The notes under the pieces were generated by a model. It saw only the letters and a program-made list of their open reading frames with translations, was not told where the DNA came from and did no database searches. Of a stretch of DNA of 64,000 nt, positions 47,960 to 58,294 are shown piece by piece. The stretch spans positions 224,001 to 288,000 of the forward strand of contig CAXBMO010000004.1 of the NCBI GenBank assembly GCA_963977015.1, read 5' to 3'. A program made the position numbers and the translations under genes. Source of the DNA: an uncultured bacterium. Lineage in GTDB: Bacteria > Verrucomicrobiota > Verrucomicrobiia > Verrucomicrobiales > DEV007. The first letter of the stretch is position 1. Each line of letters opens with the position of its first letter.

Positions 47960-48625
47960 TCAAACCCGGCCACGCACAGACGCGGAATCGTAACTGGAGA
48001 TTCCGGACGCGATGCTTTCCGCCAACGCCTGCCGATACCAGGGCTGCAGACAGCGTTGCCGTTCCTTGGCGTTGCTGATAAATCCTCCCTCAACCAAAAT
48101 CGCAGGTGCTTTGGTGTTCCGCAGCACCGAAAACTGCTGGCGCTTCACACCGCGGTCTTCCGGCTTGAGTTTTCGGATGATGCTGGAATGCACCTTGCTC
48201 GCCAACTGGTAACCAGCGTAACCATAGTAAAAGGTCTCAATCCCTACCGCCGTCGTTCTCCAGGCAGAGTTGAAGTGAATGCTGACAAAAATATTGTCGC
48301 GGTACTTGTTGGAAATGCTGGCCCGGGTCAGGAGCGGAATGAATTCGTCGCGATCCCGAGTCATCACCGTGCGATAGCCCTTGCGCTTCAATTGGATCTG
48401 CAGGCGACGAGATACGTCAAAATTGAGGTGTTTTTCAAACACGCGCCCTTCGTGCGCCCCGACGTCATGGCCGCCATGTCCGGCATCAATCACGACGGTC
48501 TTCACTTTGCCCGCAGCCAAAACGTTCGGCGCGCAAAGCAACGAGGCAGCCCCTCCGAAGAGGCCCGCTGCAGCTTGCTTCAGAAAGGTTCGTCTTTCTG
48601 CCAACGTTAGGTTTCGGTTGTCCAC
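47960..48625 (-). CDS. N-acetylmuramoyl-L-alanine amidase (Amidase_3), Tat-exported, catalytic domain only
   Basis: ERRTFLK twin-arginine motif; IDAGHGG, EK, FVSIHFN, ILVEGGF. GTG 48625 preferred over 48712 because it places the Tat motif near the N-terminus. Confidence 0.9.
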   Translation of the reverse strand: MDNRNLTLAERRTFLKQAAAGLFGGAASLLCAPNVLAAGKVKTVVIDAGHGGHDVGAHEGRVFEKHLNFDVSRRLQIQLKRKGYRTVMTRDRDEFIPLLTRASISNKYRDNIFVSIHFNSAWRTTAVGIETFYYGYAGYQLASKVHSSIIRKLKPEDRGVKRQQFSVLRNTKAPAILVEGGFISNAKERQRCLQPWYRQALAESIASGISSYDSASVRGRV

Positions 48626-48778
48626 AATAACTTGTTCAGGGCAACAATGTTCTGACCCTTGAGAGGCAGCAATCGACTCGGAAATGGGACTATTGTTGCC
48701 TCCAGAGGTCATGACGATGGAAATGATGCCCCTATTCGGCGTTTGTCACATCAAGAACCAAGAAATTTTTGCACCTTG

Positions 48779-49696
48779 TTAGTTCAGAAAGCCAGCCCCA
48801 ACGTTCCCCCCGGGTTTCGGCAATCCCGGAGGTCGTTCCGATAGTTTGCGGACACTCTCACTGAGTGGATTTTGCTTCTCATCCTGTTCGGAGACACCTC
48901 CCACCACGACGATATCGCCATCCGCGGTCGACACCATCTTCGGTCGATCGCCTCCTTTTTCGCGGTAAACCTCTCGCGCGACCATCGTCCCATCAATTCC
49001 GATGACGCTGTGGGCATACGTTTGTGGAGCTCCCATGTGCAGGATATGGAGCCGGTTCTCCAAATCGATCGTCCATTGCGGATCCCGAATCATGATGACC
49101 TGCCCCAGGGAATAGGTAGTCATCACGGCTCCCGACTTCTCATCCTGAACCCGCAAATAGAGTTGTTTCTCCGCTCCGGTGTTGAAACTCAGCAAGGTAA
49201 ACCGGCGATAGGTACCCGCGCCTTCATTTCCCTCCGGAACGCCCAATACCTGGTGCCAAAGCTTCTTCCCATCCGAAATCTGAATCGTCTCCTGCTTGGA
49301 ATTAAAAAATTGATCCAATTGCGTGAAGTAAACACTCGCCCGGATCCGATAAATCCCTTTCTGGCTCATCGAATACATCGAATTGACGGTGATGGTGCGC
49401 TTCAGGCTCTGCCCCGGGGGAACCAGCACCGGCTGAAACTGGTTCTCATTGCGCGGACTGACGAGATGGCCCTGCGCATCGGAAACTTGAAACGTCAACC
49501 ATGGAGACCTTCCGCGTCCCGCCAAAACCACGTCTCGTCCCGCACGATTGGTGATGGTCAGCACCACTTTGACCGGCTCGTAGGCGACAAAGGTGTCTTT
49601 GGTCGGCTTCATGTGCACCGAAAGCTGTGCATGCGAATCCGTCGCAACCATCGCGAAGGTAAAGAGGGCAAGAATAAAGCCGAGGGTTCTGTTCAT
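48779..49696 (-). CDS. Secreted hypothetical protein (Ig-like N-terminal part)
   Basis: Signal peptide ending SHA; YEPVKVVLTITN..G, PGQSL, GIYRIRA pattern. Confidence 0.75.
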   Translation of the reverse strand: MNRTLGFILALFTFAMVATDSHAQLSVHMKPTKDTFVAYEPVKVVLTITNRAGRDVVLAGRGRSPWLTFQVSDAQGHLVSPRNENQFQPVLVPPGQSLKRTITVNSMYSMSQKGIYRIRASVYFTQLDQFFNSKQETIQISDGKKLWHQVLGVPEGNEGAGTYRRFTLLSFNTGAEKQLYLRVQDEKSGAVMTTYSLGQVIMIRDPQWTIDLENRLHILHMGAPQTYAHSVIGIDGTMVAREVYREKGGDRPKMVSTADGDIVVVGGVSEQDEKQNPLSESVRKLSERPPGLPKPGGNVGAGFLN

Positions 49697-49787
49697 CAGC
49701 GGGTTACAGGCATGTTAGGGGCGTTTTACGTTAATCTATTTTCCGGCGCAGAGAAAGCACCGAGTTAAGACGCCACCATCCCCGTCT

Positions 49788-52307
49788 CTATTCGGCTTCC
49801 GCAACGACGGGAGCACGATCCGAAGCGGTGCGAAAACCGACCCACAGATTCCACTCGCCGGCTTCCTTCGCAAATCGTCGCGTGCTCAGTTCCAGCTGGG
49901 TCTTGTCCCGAAAAGATCCGCCACGCCGAATCGGAACCTGTTTGCTGGGATCATTGGGATGGGGCTCCCAAGTTCCGGTCCACTCGCTCACGTTCCCGGC
50001 CATCCCGTAAATGCGATAGGGACTCATATCTTCGTCCATCACATCAACACCGCACCAAAAGTTGAATCCGTCCCGCTGAGGCGCCCTCTCTTTTTTCTCA
50101 ACCGGCTCTCCATCAGCTGGCGCGACCGGCTCGGGCTCTTCGGCAGCTTCCTCCATCGCTGCGGCGGGCTTGGCTTCGGTGGACTCGGTCATGCCGCCTT
50201 CCATTCCCATGCCACCACTCTCCATGCTTCCGCCTTCCATGCCTCCTTGCATTCCACCTTCCATGCTATCCATCCCATCCATGCTGGCAGCTTCCATTCC
50301 TCCATCCATGGACGGCTCCATCGACTCATCGTTTTCAGGCGCATCTTCCCCTCCGGTTTCGGTTCGCTTTTTCGCTCCTGGAGCGACGTAATCGATGCCC
50401 GAATTCAGCTTGGAAAAATCCATCTCATTTCCCCAGGGGTAAATATTCCCCTTTCGTCCACGAGCTGCTTTTTCCCATTCCTGCTCGGTCGGCAGCCTCC
50501 TCCCTTTCCACGTTGCATAGGCGTAGGCATCCCACCAATCAACCATCACCATCGGGCTGTTGAGATCGACATCGATGAAATAAGTGACTTCTCCATCCAC
50601 GATGGGCCACTTCCGGCCTTCCTGCGCGTATTTGTAGAACGTGTTCCACCCCGCAGGCATGTGAGACATTTTGTAGGAAGGCTGATTCGCATGATCATAC
50701 TTCTTGCGCAGCTCTTCATCCAGCAGGCTCACGTGCTCGAGAAACTCCGCATACTGCGCAATGGTGACTTCGTAGGCATCAATCCAAAATTCTCCGGTTT
50801 TCGAGGTAATCCCGTCCTGATAAATAAACGGCCCGGCCGGAATTCGGACCATTTGCTCTTGAACTCGAACCTTGGACTTGGTTGCGGCTTTGAAGAGTTG
50901 GGCTCCCAGCGCAATCACTCCAACCAAAACGACCAAGGCACCAAGCACGCCTCCCATGTAAATCGCTGCGCGTTTTGGCGTAATCCCGCCACTCATCTCC
51001 TTCCACTGATTCTCAATGTATTTGATTTCGGAGAGCAAATCCGACCACGAATCAATTCCTTCACTATCCTCAGCCGTTCCCGCCATCTCGTAAAAAAGGG
51101 TTGGAATCGTCTCGTTCACCTTCGTGTCTTCATCCATGACCGGATGACAACTCTTGGCCAGATTCTTGATCTGATCAGACTGTCGCAGGCGATTTTCCGG
51201 CTTGTCCATCTGCACGGTATTGCCGAGGCGAACCGATCCGTCCTCGCAAACAAAAATGTGCTCCGGCCAGATGGGGAGATAAGCCAATTCCGCATCGTAG
51301 AGATAGCTGTAAGCCTGCGCGGCTGACTTCACGACCCCCAAAAGCTCTTCCTCTTCCAAGGTCTTTCCCGAAGCCGCCATATCGGCCAAACTTGTCCCAT
51401 CAATCAATTCCTGGGTATAAAACAGGGCGCTGTCGGTCTCCATCGATTCAAAGACCGATGCAATCTTCGGATGGCTCACGGTTGCCTGTGCTTTGGCTTC
51501 CGCGCGAAACTGTTCCTTGGCGGACTCCGAAGCCATGAAGTCGGGACGAAGCATCCGCAACCCAACGCGCCGGTCGACGGAACGCTGCAAAGCGACAAAG
51601 GAATCGGAAGTGGTCCCCCGGTTGCGGAAGTCGAGCAGCTCGTAGTCGCCCAACACGGTGCCGACCGCCATTGGTGGAGGCAGTTCTCCGCTGGAGGCCG
51701 GAGGCTGGGGAGTTGCCGACGGTTCCGGCTGATATTGCGGAGTCGCCGGTGGTTCCGGCGGAGCTGGTGGTGCCGGCGGCTGCTCGGGCGGAGCCGGGCT
51801 TGTCGCTTCTACAGGAGGCTCCGGAGGGGCAGGAATCTGGGTCGGCTCCTGTGCTGCGGAAACAGCGGCCGCACTCGGCGAAACCTGGACCGGAGCGGTG
51901 AGGTCGAGATTGGGTGCGACCGCCTCAGAAACTGCTGAGTTTTTCTTCTTTCCAGGAAACACCCGATCCAGCCAGTCAAAGAGCGATTGATTGTCGAGCG
52001 GCTTGTAAAAAACCGCCTCCTCCTTTGCCAACTTGTCGTAATGGCTGCTCAAATCCAGGCGGGTCAGAAAAATCACCAACACATTCGGAAAGCGCTCCTT
52101 AATCTTCGTCCTCGCGTCCAGGACGGGATCCACCCCCTCAGCGGGAATATCGGCGATCAACACATCGACGGCATCAAGCGCGTTGGCTGTTTCCAAAGCC
52201 GAATGCGGAGATACACTCGTGAACAAGGTGCAATCGAACGTTTCGACCAGCGCGTCGGCCAGGTTCGTGCGATCATCTCCGTTTTCGTCTAGCAGCAGCG
52301 CAATCAT
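49788..52307 (-). CDS. Receiver + Pro-rich linker + pseudokinase + TM + FGE-sulfatase(SUMF1)-like fusion
   Basis: Receiver: LLDEN, LIADI, IFLT, YKP. Kinase-like: HPKIASVFE, ELIDGTSL. FGE fold: YEVTIAQY, RRLPTEQEWEKAARG, YPWG, MAGNVSEW, RGGS, GFR. Confidence 0.85.
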   Translation of the reverse strand: MIALLLDENGDDRTNLADALVETFDCTLFTSVSPHSALETANALDAVDVLIADIPAEGVDPVLDARTKIKERFPNVLVIFLTRLDLSSHYDKLAKEEAVFYKPLDNQSLFDWLDRVFPGKKKNSAVSEAVAPNLDLTAPVQVSPSAAAVSAAQEPTQIPAPPEPPVEATSPAPPEQPPAPPAPPEPPATPQYQPEPSATPQPPASSGELPPPMAVGTVLGDYELLDFRNRGTTSDSFVALQRSVDRRVGLRMLRPDFMASESAKEQFRAEAKAQATVSHPKIASVFESMETDSALFYTQELIDGTSLADMAASGKTLEEEELLGVVKSAAQAYSYLYDAELAYLPIWPEHIFVCEDGSVRLGNTVQMDKPENRLRQSDQIKNLAKSCHPVMDEDTKVNETIPTLFYEMAGTAEDSEGIDSWSDLLSEIKYIENQWKEMSGGITPKRAAIYMGGVLGALVVLVGVIALGAQLFKAATKSKVRVQEQMVRIPAGPFIYQDGITSKTGEFWIDAYEVTIAQYAEFLEHVSLLDEELRKKYDHANQPSYKMSHMPAGWNTFYKYAQEGRKWPIVDGEVTYFIDVDLNSPMVMVDWWDAYAYATWKGRRLPTEQEWEKAARGRKGNIYPWGNEMDFSKLNSGIDYVAPGAKKRTETGGEDAPENDESMEPSMDGGMEAASMDGMDSMEGGMQGGMEGGSMESGGMGMEGGMTESTEAKPAAAMEEAAEEPEPVAPADGEPVEKKERAPQRDGFNFWCGVDVMDEDMSPYRIYGMAGNVSEWTGTWEPHPNDPSKQVPIRRGGSFRDKTQLELSTRRFAKEAGEWNLWVGFRTASDRAPVVAEAE

Positions 52308-52452
52308 AGGTGAATTGTCAGAATCAAGAGTGAAGAAAAGGCGGTCGGACGTAGCAAGGGAAGCCTTTTCTTCAAAGCAGCAACACTAGCGCATTCCATC
52401 TTCCCTATCAACGCATCGTTCCCAGGCGAATTCTTTGTGCAGGGATGCGAAA

Positions 52453-53550
52453 CTATTGGGGAAAAAGACTGCTTCCCTGATAGGGAATTTGATCGGGTGG
52501 TTGTTCTCCACTTCGCAAGAGTTTGCGGGGGCTCGCAACCACGTCCTGAAGCACGTCCCGGTAGTAGAGTTCCACCACGTAGCCGAAATACTGTCGTTTC
52601 CCCAATGCCGCTTCCTGATCCTTGGTCAACGTCTTGAGGAAATATTCGACTTCGATCACCTCCTCATCCCCGTCCTTCCAATCATAAGGAGAAGTGATGA
52701 GCCGCTGCGTCATTTTCGCGACCGTTTCTTCGTAGCGGCTCCCACTTGGAAACTCCGCAAGATCGTAGAAGAACACGTAGAGATACATTTGCTCTCCATC
52801 GAGCTTGGACTGCGTCAGCGCTTCCGTATGAATTCGCAGAATCACTTTCTGCCCGTCTCCGGACTCGAGGCCACGCGCCACATGTCGGCTGATCTTGAGC
52901 TGCGTATCCACGTTCGACGCATCTTCGAGCGAATGCCCTTTCAGCGCCATGTCGGCAAGATCCCAATACGCGCCCGCCGCCGTTGATCCCATGTGATGGA
53001 CCCGCTCCCAGTAGCTCGTTGCTTTGTCGACTTGGCCAAACTGACTATACGTCGTGGCGAGTTCCGCAAGAATCTTGGGATGCCGCGGCACGCGGGCGTC
53101 CGCTTTCTTCAATTCGGCCAATGCGCCGTTGATATCTCCTTCTTCGCGGAGTTGAAGCCCGCGATCCACCAACCCTTTCGCCTCAGGATCCGGGACGCGA
53201 TGGGCCGGATGAATTTCCTGTTTCCGATTCGGTCTCGGGCCTGGAACCGAAACGGGTTCCGGAACAATCTCCGGTGGCTCGCCGGTTGGCGGAAGCGTTT
53301 CCTGCGGTATCGCCGGAACCTCACTCGAAACCGCCGGCTCGGGAACGGGAATCGGGGGGAGAGTTGGAGCGGGAATGGCCGCCACCAAGGTCGTCGAACT
53401 GGGGGCGAGGCGCGGCCGGCCATCGAACCGGATCAGCATCGCCCACAACACCACGATCATCTGAATCAGGGCAATGACGCCCAACACGCGAAGTGCAATG
53501 CCAAATGTCCGCCCGGTTCGTTCAGGTGCTGTAAGGAGTTTGGCTGGCAT
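52453..53550 (-). CDS. Membrane-anchored TPR protein
   Basis: N-terminal TM segment, Pro-rich stalk, TPR-like helices (GDINGALAEL..A...P.HP..LAELA..Y..G...A..YW), C-terminal beta domain. Confidence 0.75.
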   Translation of the reverse strand: MPAKLLTAPERTGRTFGIALRVLGVIALIQMIVVLWAMLIRFDGRPRLAPSSTTLVAAIPAPTLPPIPVPEPAVSSEVPAIPQETLPPTGEPPEIVPEPVSVPGPRPNRKQEIHPAHRVPDPEAKGLVDRGLQLREEGDINGALAELKKADARVPRHPKILAELATTYSQFGQVDKATSYWERVHHMGSTAAGAYWDLADMALKGHSLEDASNVDTQLKISRHVARGLESGDGQKVILRIHTEALTQSKLDGEQMYLYVFFYDLAEFPSGSRYEETVAKMTQRLITSPYDWKDGDEEVIEVEYFLKTLTKDQEAALGKRQYFGYVVELYYRDVLQDVVASPRKLLRSGEQPPDQIPYQGSSLFPQ

Positions 53551-53730
53551 CGGCGCGGATTTTACGGGAATGGCAGGCAGGTGTCAACTCGAGCGCAAAA
53601 GCCCTGAGATCGTCGTTTCCCACCCTTCTGACGCCGTTTCCTCAAACAAAAATCGCCTCCCGTGACGTTTTGGTGTTTATTATTAGCCCGCTCTCGCTGG
53701 AATACCCTCCTCTTCCGAACCTCCTTTCTG

Positions 53731-56595
53731 ATGAAAACCATATTCTCCGCATTTTTGCTGATCGGCCTCTCTCTCCTCAACCTCCACGCTCAGAGCTCAA
53801 ATTCGACATCAAGCAGCTCGAAAATTGAGTTCCCTCCTTCAGAAAAATTCACCGAAGGATACGAGAAAGTCGTTTCAACGCTCGATGGCCAAAAGAGCTT
53901 TTACACCATCTGGCGCCGGAAAAAGGATCAACAGCTTCTCGCCGAGCTTCCCAAGAATTTCGCGAATCAACGTCACTACATCGCGCTCACCGTCGCGAGC
54001 GGCGATTCCTACGCCGGCCTTCAGGCGGGCGACGCCTACGTTTACTGGCGCCAGTATGGCAAACGCATCGCGCTGATTGAGCCCAACCTGGAAGTTCGCT
54101 CAACCGGCGACAACGAGTCCAAGGCCAGCGTGAAACGCCTGTTCACCGACAAAGTGCTGCTCGATATCCCGATTCTGGCGATGGTGAAAAATGGCGGGCC
54201 GTTGATCGATCTCGACGCCCTCCTCATCGAAAACGCAGGCAAATTCTTCGGACGAAAAGCCAACGGCCTCAAAAAGGACCTCATCGCGATCAAAACGGCG
54301 AAAGCCTTTCCGGAGAACGTCGAGATCGGCCTCGAAGTTCCAGCTGCGGATGGCCAACTGCGCACGTTTCACTACTCCATCAGCCTGATTCCCGAGAACA
54401 AGGACTACAAGCCGCGCCGCGCGGATGAACGGGTCGGGTTCTTCACCACGACCTATGTCGACTACGGCAAATTCAAGGAAGACGAGACCGTCGTTCGCTA
54501 CATCAACCGCTGGCACCTCGAAAAAGCGGATTCCAGTCTCAAGCTGAGCCCGCCCAAAGAGCCCATCGTCTTTTACATCGAGCACACCACTCCGATTCGC
54601 TATCGCCGCTGGGTTCGCGAAGGCATTCTCATGTGGAACAAGGCGTTTGAAAACGTCGGCCTGATCGATGCGATCGAAGTTCGCCAGCAGGACGCCACCA
54701 CCAAGGCGCACATGGAAAAGGATCCGGAAGACGTGCGCTACAACTTCGTGCGCTGGCTCAACAACGGAATCGGCACCGCGATCGGACCAAGCCGCGTCAA
54801 TCCCAACTCCGGACAGATTCTCGACGCCGACATCATTTTGACCGACGGCTGGATTCGTCACTTCTGGACGCAGTATCACGAAATCCTCCCCGGCGTGGCC
54901 ATGGAAGGTTACTCGCCCAAAACGCTGGCGTGGCTTCACCAAAACCCGAAGTGGGATCCGCGCGTTCGCCTCGCCGCGCCCGAACTGCGACCCGGCCTGA
55001 TTGAGGCCCGCGCCACCCAACCCATGCCGGAACTCGGCGGCCACGCAATCGCCCAAGTCGATGGCGAAATCCTCGGCGATCAGGAGTTCGACGGCCTCAT
55101 CGGCAAGCCCGTGCAGAAGAACGGCCTCTGTATGGCTGCCAACTGCAAGTCTCATGGAATTGGTCTCATGCAGATGCTGATGGCTGCGAAAGTCGCGGAG
55201 GCGGCTGCGGAAGAGTCCCACGACGACGACAACAAGAAAGATCCCAAAAAAGAGGACGAAGAAGAGAAGAAGAAGGACGAGGAAAAACCCAAGGAACCCG
55301 AGGTGAATGAAGACGGCGAACAGCTGATCGACGGCATTCCGGAATCCTTCGTTGGTCCCCTGCTCGCCGATCTCGTCGCTCACGAAGTCGGCCACACCAT
55401 TGGTCTTCGCCACAACTTCAAGGCGTCATCGATTTACACGATCGAAGAGATCAACAGTCGAAAAGTAGCCGGCAAATCCGCCATGACCGGCTCCGTCATG
55501 GATTACATTCCGGTGAATATCAACGCGCAGACCGGCGAGATCCAGGGCGACTTCGCCATGATCGATGTTGGTCCCTATGACATGTGGGCGATCGAATATG
55601 GCTACACGTTCAACGACTTGAAGCCGATTCTGGCACGGGTTGGTGAACCTCAACTCGCCTACGCGACTGACGAAGACACCTTCGGCCCCGACCCTCTCGC
55701 CCGGCGCTACGATTTCGGGAAAGACCCGCTCACGTTCGCCGAAAACCAGATGCGGTTGGTAAAGAAGAATCGCGCAGTAATTCTCAATGGCTTCGTCAAG
55801 GACGGCCAAAGCTGGAGCAAAGCCCGGCGCGGCTATGAACTGACTTTGGCGGTGCAAACCCGCGCCCTTGCCATGATGGCCAACTGGATTGGCGGCACCC
55901 ACGTGTATCGCGACAAGAAAGGCGATCCCTCCAACCGCGCCCCGCTCGAAGTCGTTGCCGCGAAGAAGCAGCGCGACGCCCTCAAGTTCGTCATGAAAAA
56001 CGGGTTCGAAGAGTCCGCCTACGGCCTCACTCCAGAATTGCTTCGCTACATGACCATCGACAAATGGTGGAACGAGCCTCGCGGCCGCTCCAGTGCGATG
56101 CAAAATCCCGCCTGGCCCGTACACGACAAGGTCCTCGGCATTCAATCCTCGTTGTTAACCAGCCTGATGCGCCCGGAAACGCTCGAGCGCATCTACGACA
56201 ACGAGTTTCGCGTTCCCGCCGATGAAGACGCCTTCACCATTCCGGAACTTCTCGACCAATTGCGCGACGGGATCTGGGGCGATCTCCAAGCGCTGCTCAA
56301 AGACGACGCCAACAAGTTCTCTGCTCGCAAGCCGGCGCTTTCCAGCCTGAGCCGGAACCTGCAGAAGGAATACATCGATCGCCTCATCGATCTCTCCAGC
56401 CCGGAAAGCGGCCTCAGCATTGGCGAGCGCCCCATCCAGGATCTCGCGGCAATGCAGCTTGGAGAAATCCGCGACCAAATTGACGCCGTCAAAGCGGATC
56501 CCCGTTTCGACCCTTACTCCAAAGCTCACCTTCAGGAATCCAGCAAGCGCATCACCAAAGCGCTCGAAGCGAATTTTGTTGTGGAAGTACGGTGA
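53731..56595 (+). CDS. Secreted zinc metalloprotease (metzincin, DUF5117/DUF4953-type)
   Basis: Signal peptide; DERVGFF; HEVGHTIGLRH; Met-turn SVMDY; YDMWAIEYGY. Confidence 0.92.
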   Translation: MKTIFSAFLLIGLSLLNLHAQSSNSTSSSSKIEFPPSEKFTEGYEKVVSTLDGQKSFYTIWRRKKDQQLLAELPKNFANQRHYIALTVASGDSYAGLQAGDAYVYWRQYGKRIALIEPNLEVRSTGDNESKASVKRLFTDKVLLDIPILAMVKNGGPLIDLDALLIENAGKFFGRKANGLKKDLIAIKTAKAFPENVEIGLEVPAADGQLRTFHYSISLIPENKDYKPRRADERVGFFTTTYVDYGKFKEDETVVRYINRWHLEKADSSLKLSPPKEPIVFYIEHTTPIRYRRWVREGILMWNKAFENVGLIDAIEVRQQDATTKAHMEKDPEDVRYNFVRWLNNGIGTAIGPSRVNPNSGQILDADIILTDGWIRHFWTQYHEILPGVAMEGYSPKTLAWLHQNPKWDPRVRLAAPELRPGLIEARATQPMPELGGHAIAQVDGEILGDQEFDGLIGKPVQKNGLCMAANCKSHGIGLMQMLMAAKVAEAAAEESHDDDNKKDPKKEDEEEKKKDEEKPKEPEVNEDGEQLIDGIPESFVGPLLADLVAHEVGHTIGLRHNFKASSIYTIEEINSRKVAGKSAMTGSVMDYIPVNINAQTGEIQGDFAMIDVGPYDMWAIEYGYTFNDLKPILARVGEPQLAYATDEDTFGPDPLARRYDFGKDPLTFAENQMRLVKKNRAVILNGFVKDGQSWSKARRGYELTLAVQTRALAMMANWIGGTHVYRDKKGDPSNRAPLEVVAAKKQRDALKFVMKNGFEESAYGLTPELLRYMTIDKWWNEPRGRSSAMQNPAWPVHDKVLGIQSSLLTSLMRPETLERIYDNEFRVPADEDAFTIPELLDQLRDGIWGDLQALLKDDANKFSARKPALSSLSRNLQKEYIDRLIDLSSPESGLSIGERPIQDLAAMQLGEIRDQIDAVKADPRFDPYSKAHLQESSKRITKALEANFVVEVR

Positions 56596-56842
56596 GATTT
56601 CCTCAGGTTCAGATTCGAATGGAATACCGGAATCAATAGCCAATCCCTGACTTACGATCTGGCGAAAAGCTCTTTTCGGATTTCCGCCATATTGCAGTGA
56701 GGCGAACCCATGCGTTGCTTGTATGGTATTTGGAAAATAGGTATCAATCGTTAGCCTTTGGGTTCAATCTGAGAGCCACGAATTCGACGGATCATTGACA
56801 TTCGTTGAGAAATTGGAATTCTGAAGTATTTCGTGAATCGAA

Positions 56843-58294
56843 ATGCCACTTTCCTCCCACAACTCTGGCCTAACTTTGGATGAGATTCGCCACGGCCCTG
56901 AATCCCAATTCTTCGATCGAAAAAGCTGCCGCATCAAACCATCAAAACTAGCGAATCACGTCATTGGAATGTTGAACGCAAGTGGGGGTGTCATCGCGCT
57001 GGGCATCGGGGACGATGGCGAGATTGAAGACCTTCGCGAAATGGAGGAAAACGATCTCGATCAGTTTCGAAAAATTGTAATCGAATTCGTGTCGCCATCA
57101 GCCTTGGTCGAAATCGAGGAGGTGGAACTTGAATCCGGTGAGCTGATTTTCCTCTACCACATCGAGCCAGACTATGAGCGGCTGTTTATGAGGAAGGACA
57201 ATGAGGCGGTATATCTGCGAGTAGCCGATAGCTCTAACGGACCTCTCAATCGCGAACAGGTCCGAAAATTGGAGTACAACAAGCCGATTCGATCCTTCGA
57301 AGATGAGCAGCGGCCCGATTTTGATCCGACCGATTTGAGGAATTCGGTTTGCGACTACTATGTCACCAAAATGAACTACGCCGGTTCCTTTGAAGATCTA
57401 GCCGTAAAGCGAAACTTGGCCGTGCAAAATGGGAAGCAAATCGTTTACAAGAATGCAGCGATTCTCTTATTTGCCGAGGAACCCAGCAAATACATTCCAA
57501 ACGCTTTAGTTCGGTATGTTCGCTATCGTGGAACCGAAAGCCGTACCGGAATTGAGTTCAATGTGGTTAAGGATGAGCGCTTTGACGAGTGCCTGCCGCG
57601 CCAGATCGAAGTTTTGCAGCGTTACATTGACGCCACTTTTCGAGACTACTATTTCCTTGATCTCAAGGAGGGAAAATTCACAAAGGTTCCCGAGTATCCA
57701 CGTGAAGCCTGGCTAGAGGGAATCGTAAACGCGTTGTGTCACCGCTCCTACAACCTGCAAGGGAACTCGATTTATTTCAGGCACTTTGAAGACCGAATCG
57801 AAATTTCCAACAGTGGTCCACTACCAGCACAGGTAACGATTGAGAACATTCAGAGGCAACGCTATTCTAGGAACCCCCGTATAGCGAGAATGTTGTCCGA
57901 GTTCGACTATGTCCGGGAACTCAATGAAGGAGTGCCAAGGATTTTTCGTGCCATGGCCGAGGGAGAGTTGGCAAGTCCTGAGTACCGCGTCGAAAATGAC
58001 ATCGTGACGCTAACGCTTCGAAATCGCGTCACCGATCGGAAGGAGACAATTCACGAAGATGTATTGAAAGCTGTCGAAGAGGGATGGAAGGACTTTGCAA
58101 CCTCTCAGCGTGCTATTGTCCATTTCTTGTTCCAAAACCATGAAGCCACAATTGACACCTTAGCAGAAAATCTTGAATTGAGCACGCAGACCGTTCGTAA
58201 CCAACTCAAGAAGATGGAATCGCTGGAAATCGTGGAGAGGTTAAGCGCGAAAAAGCGGGACAAATTTGCGGTTTATCGATTTAAGCACAAATGA
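56843..58294 (+). CDS. AlbA_2 (Schlafen-like) + HATPase_c_4 + wHTH protein
   Basis: ESQFFDRKS, MLNASGGVIALGIGDDG; EGIVNALCHRSY, FEDRIEISNSG, RNPRIA; C-terminal HTH (ATIDTLAENLELSTQTVRNQL). Confidence 0.88.
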   Translation: MPLSSHNSGLTLDEIRHGPESQFFDRKSCRIKPSKLANHVIGMLNASGGVIALGIGDDGEIEDLREMEENDLDQFRKIVIEFVSPSALVEIEEVELESGELIFLYHIEPDYERLFMRKDNEAVYLRVADSSNGPLNREQVRKLEYNKPIRSFEDEQRPDFDPTDLRNSVCDYYVTKMNYAGSFEDLAVKRNLAVQNGKQIVYKNAAILLFAEEPSKYIPNALVRYVRYRGTESRTGIEFNVVKDERFDECLPRQIEVLQRYIDATFRDYYFLDLKEGKFTKVPEYPREAWLEGIVNALCHRSYNLQGNSIYFRHFEDRIEISNSGPLPAQVTIENIQRQRYSRNPRIARMLSEFDYVRELNEGVPRIFRAMAEGELASPEYRVENDIVTLTLRNRVTDRKETIHEDVLKAVEEGWKDFATSQRAIVHFLFQNHEATIDTLAENLELSTQTVRNQLKKMESLEIVERLSAKKRDKFAVYRFKHK

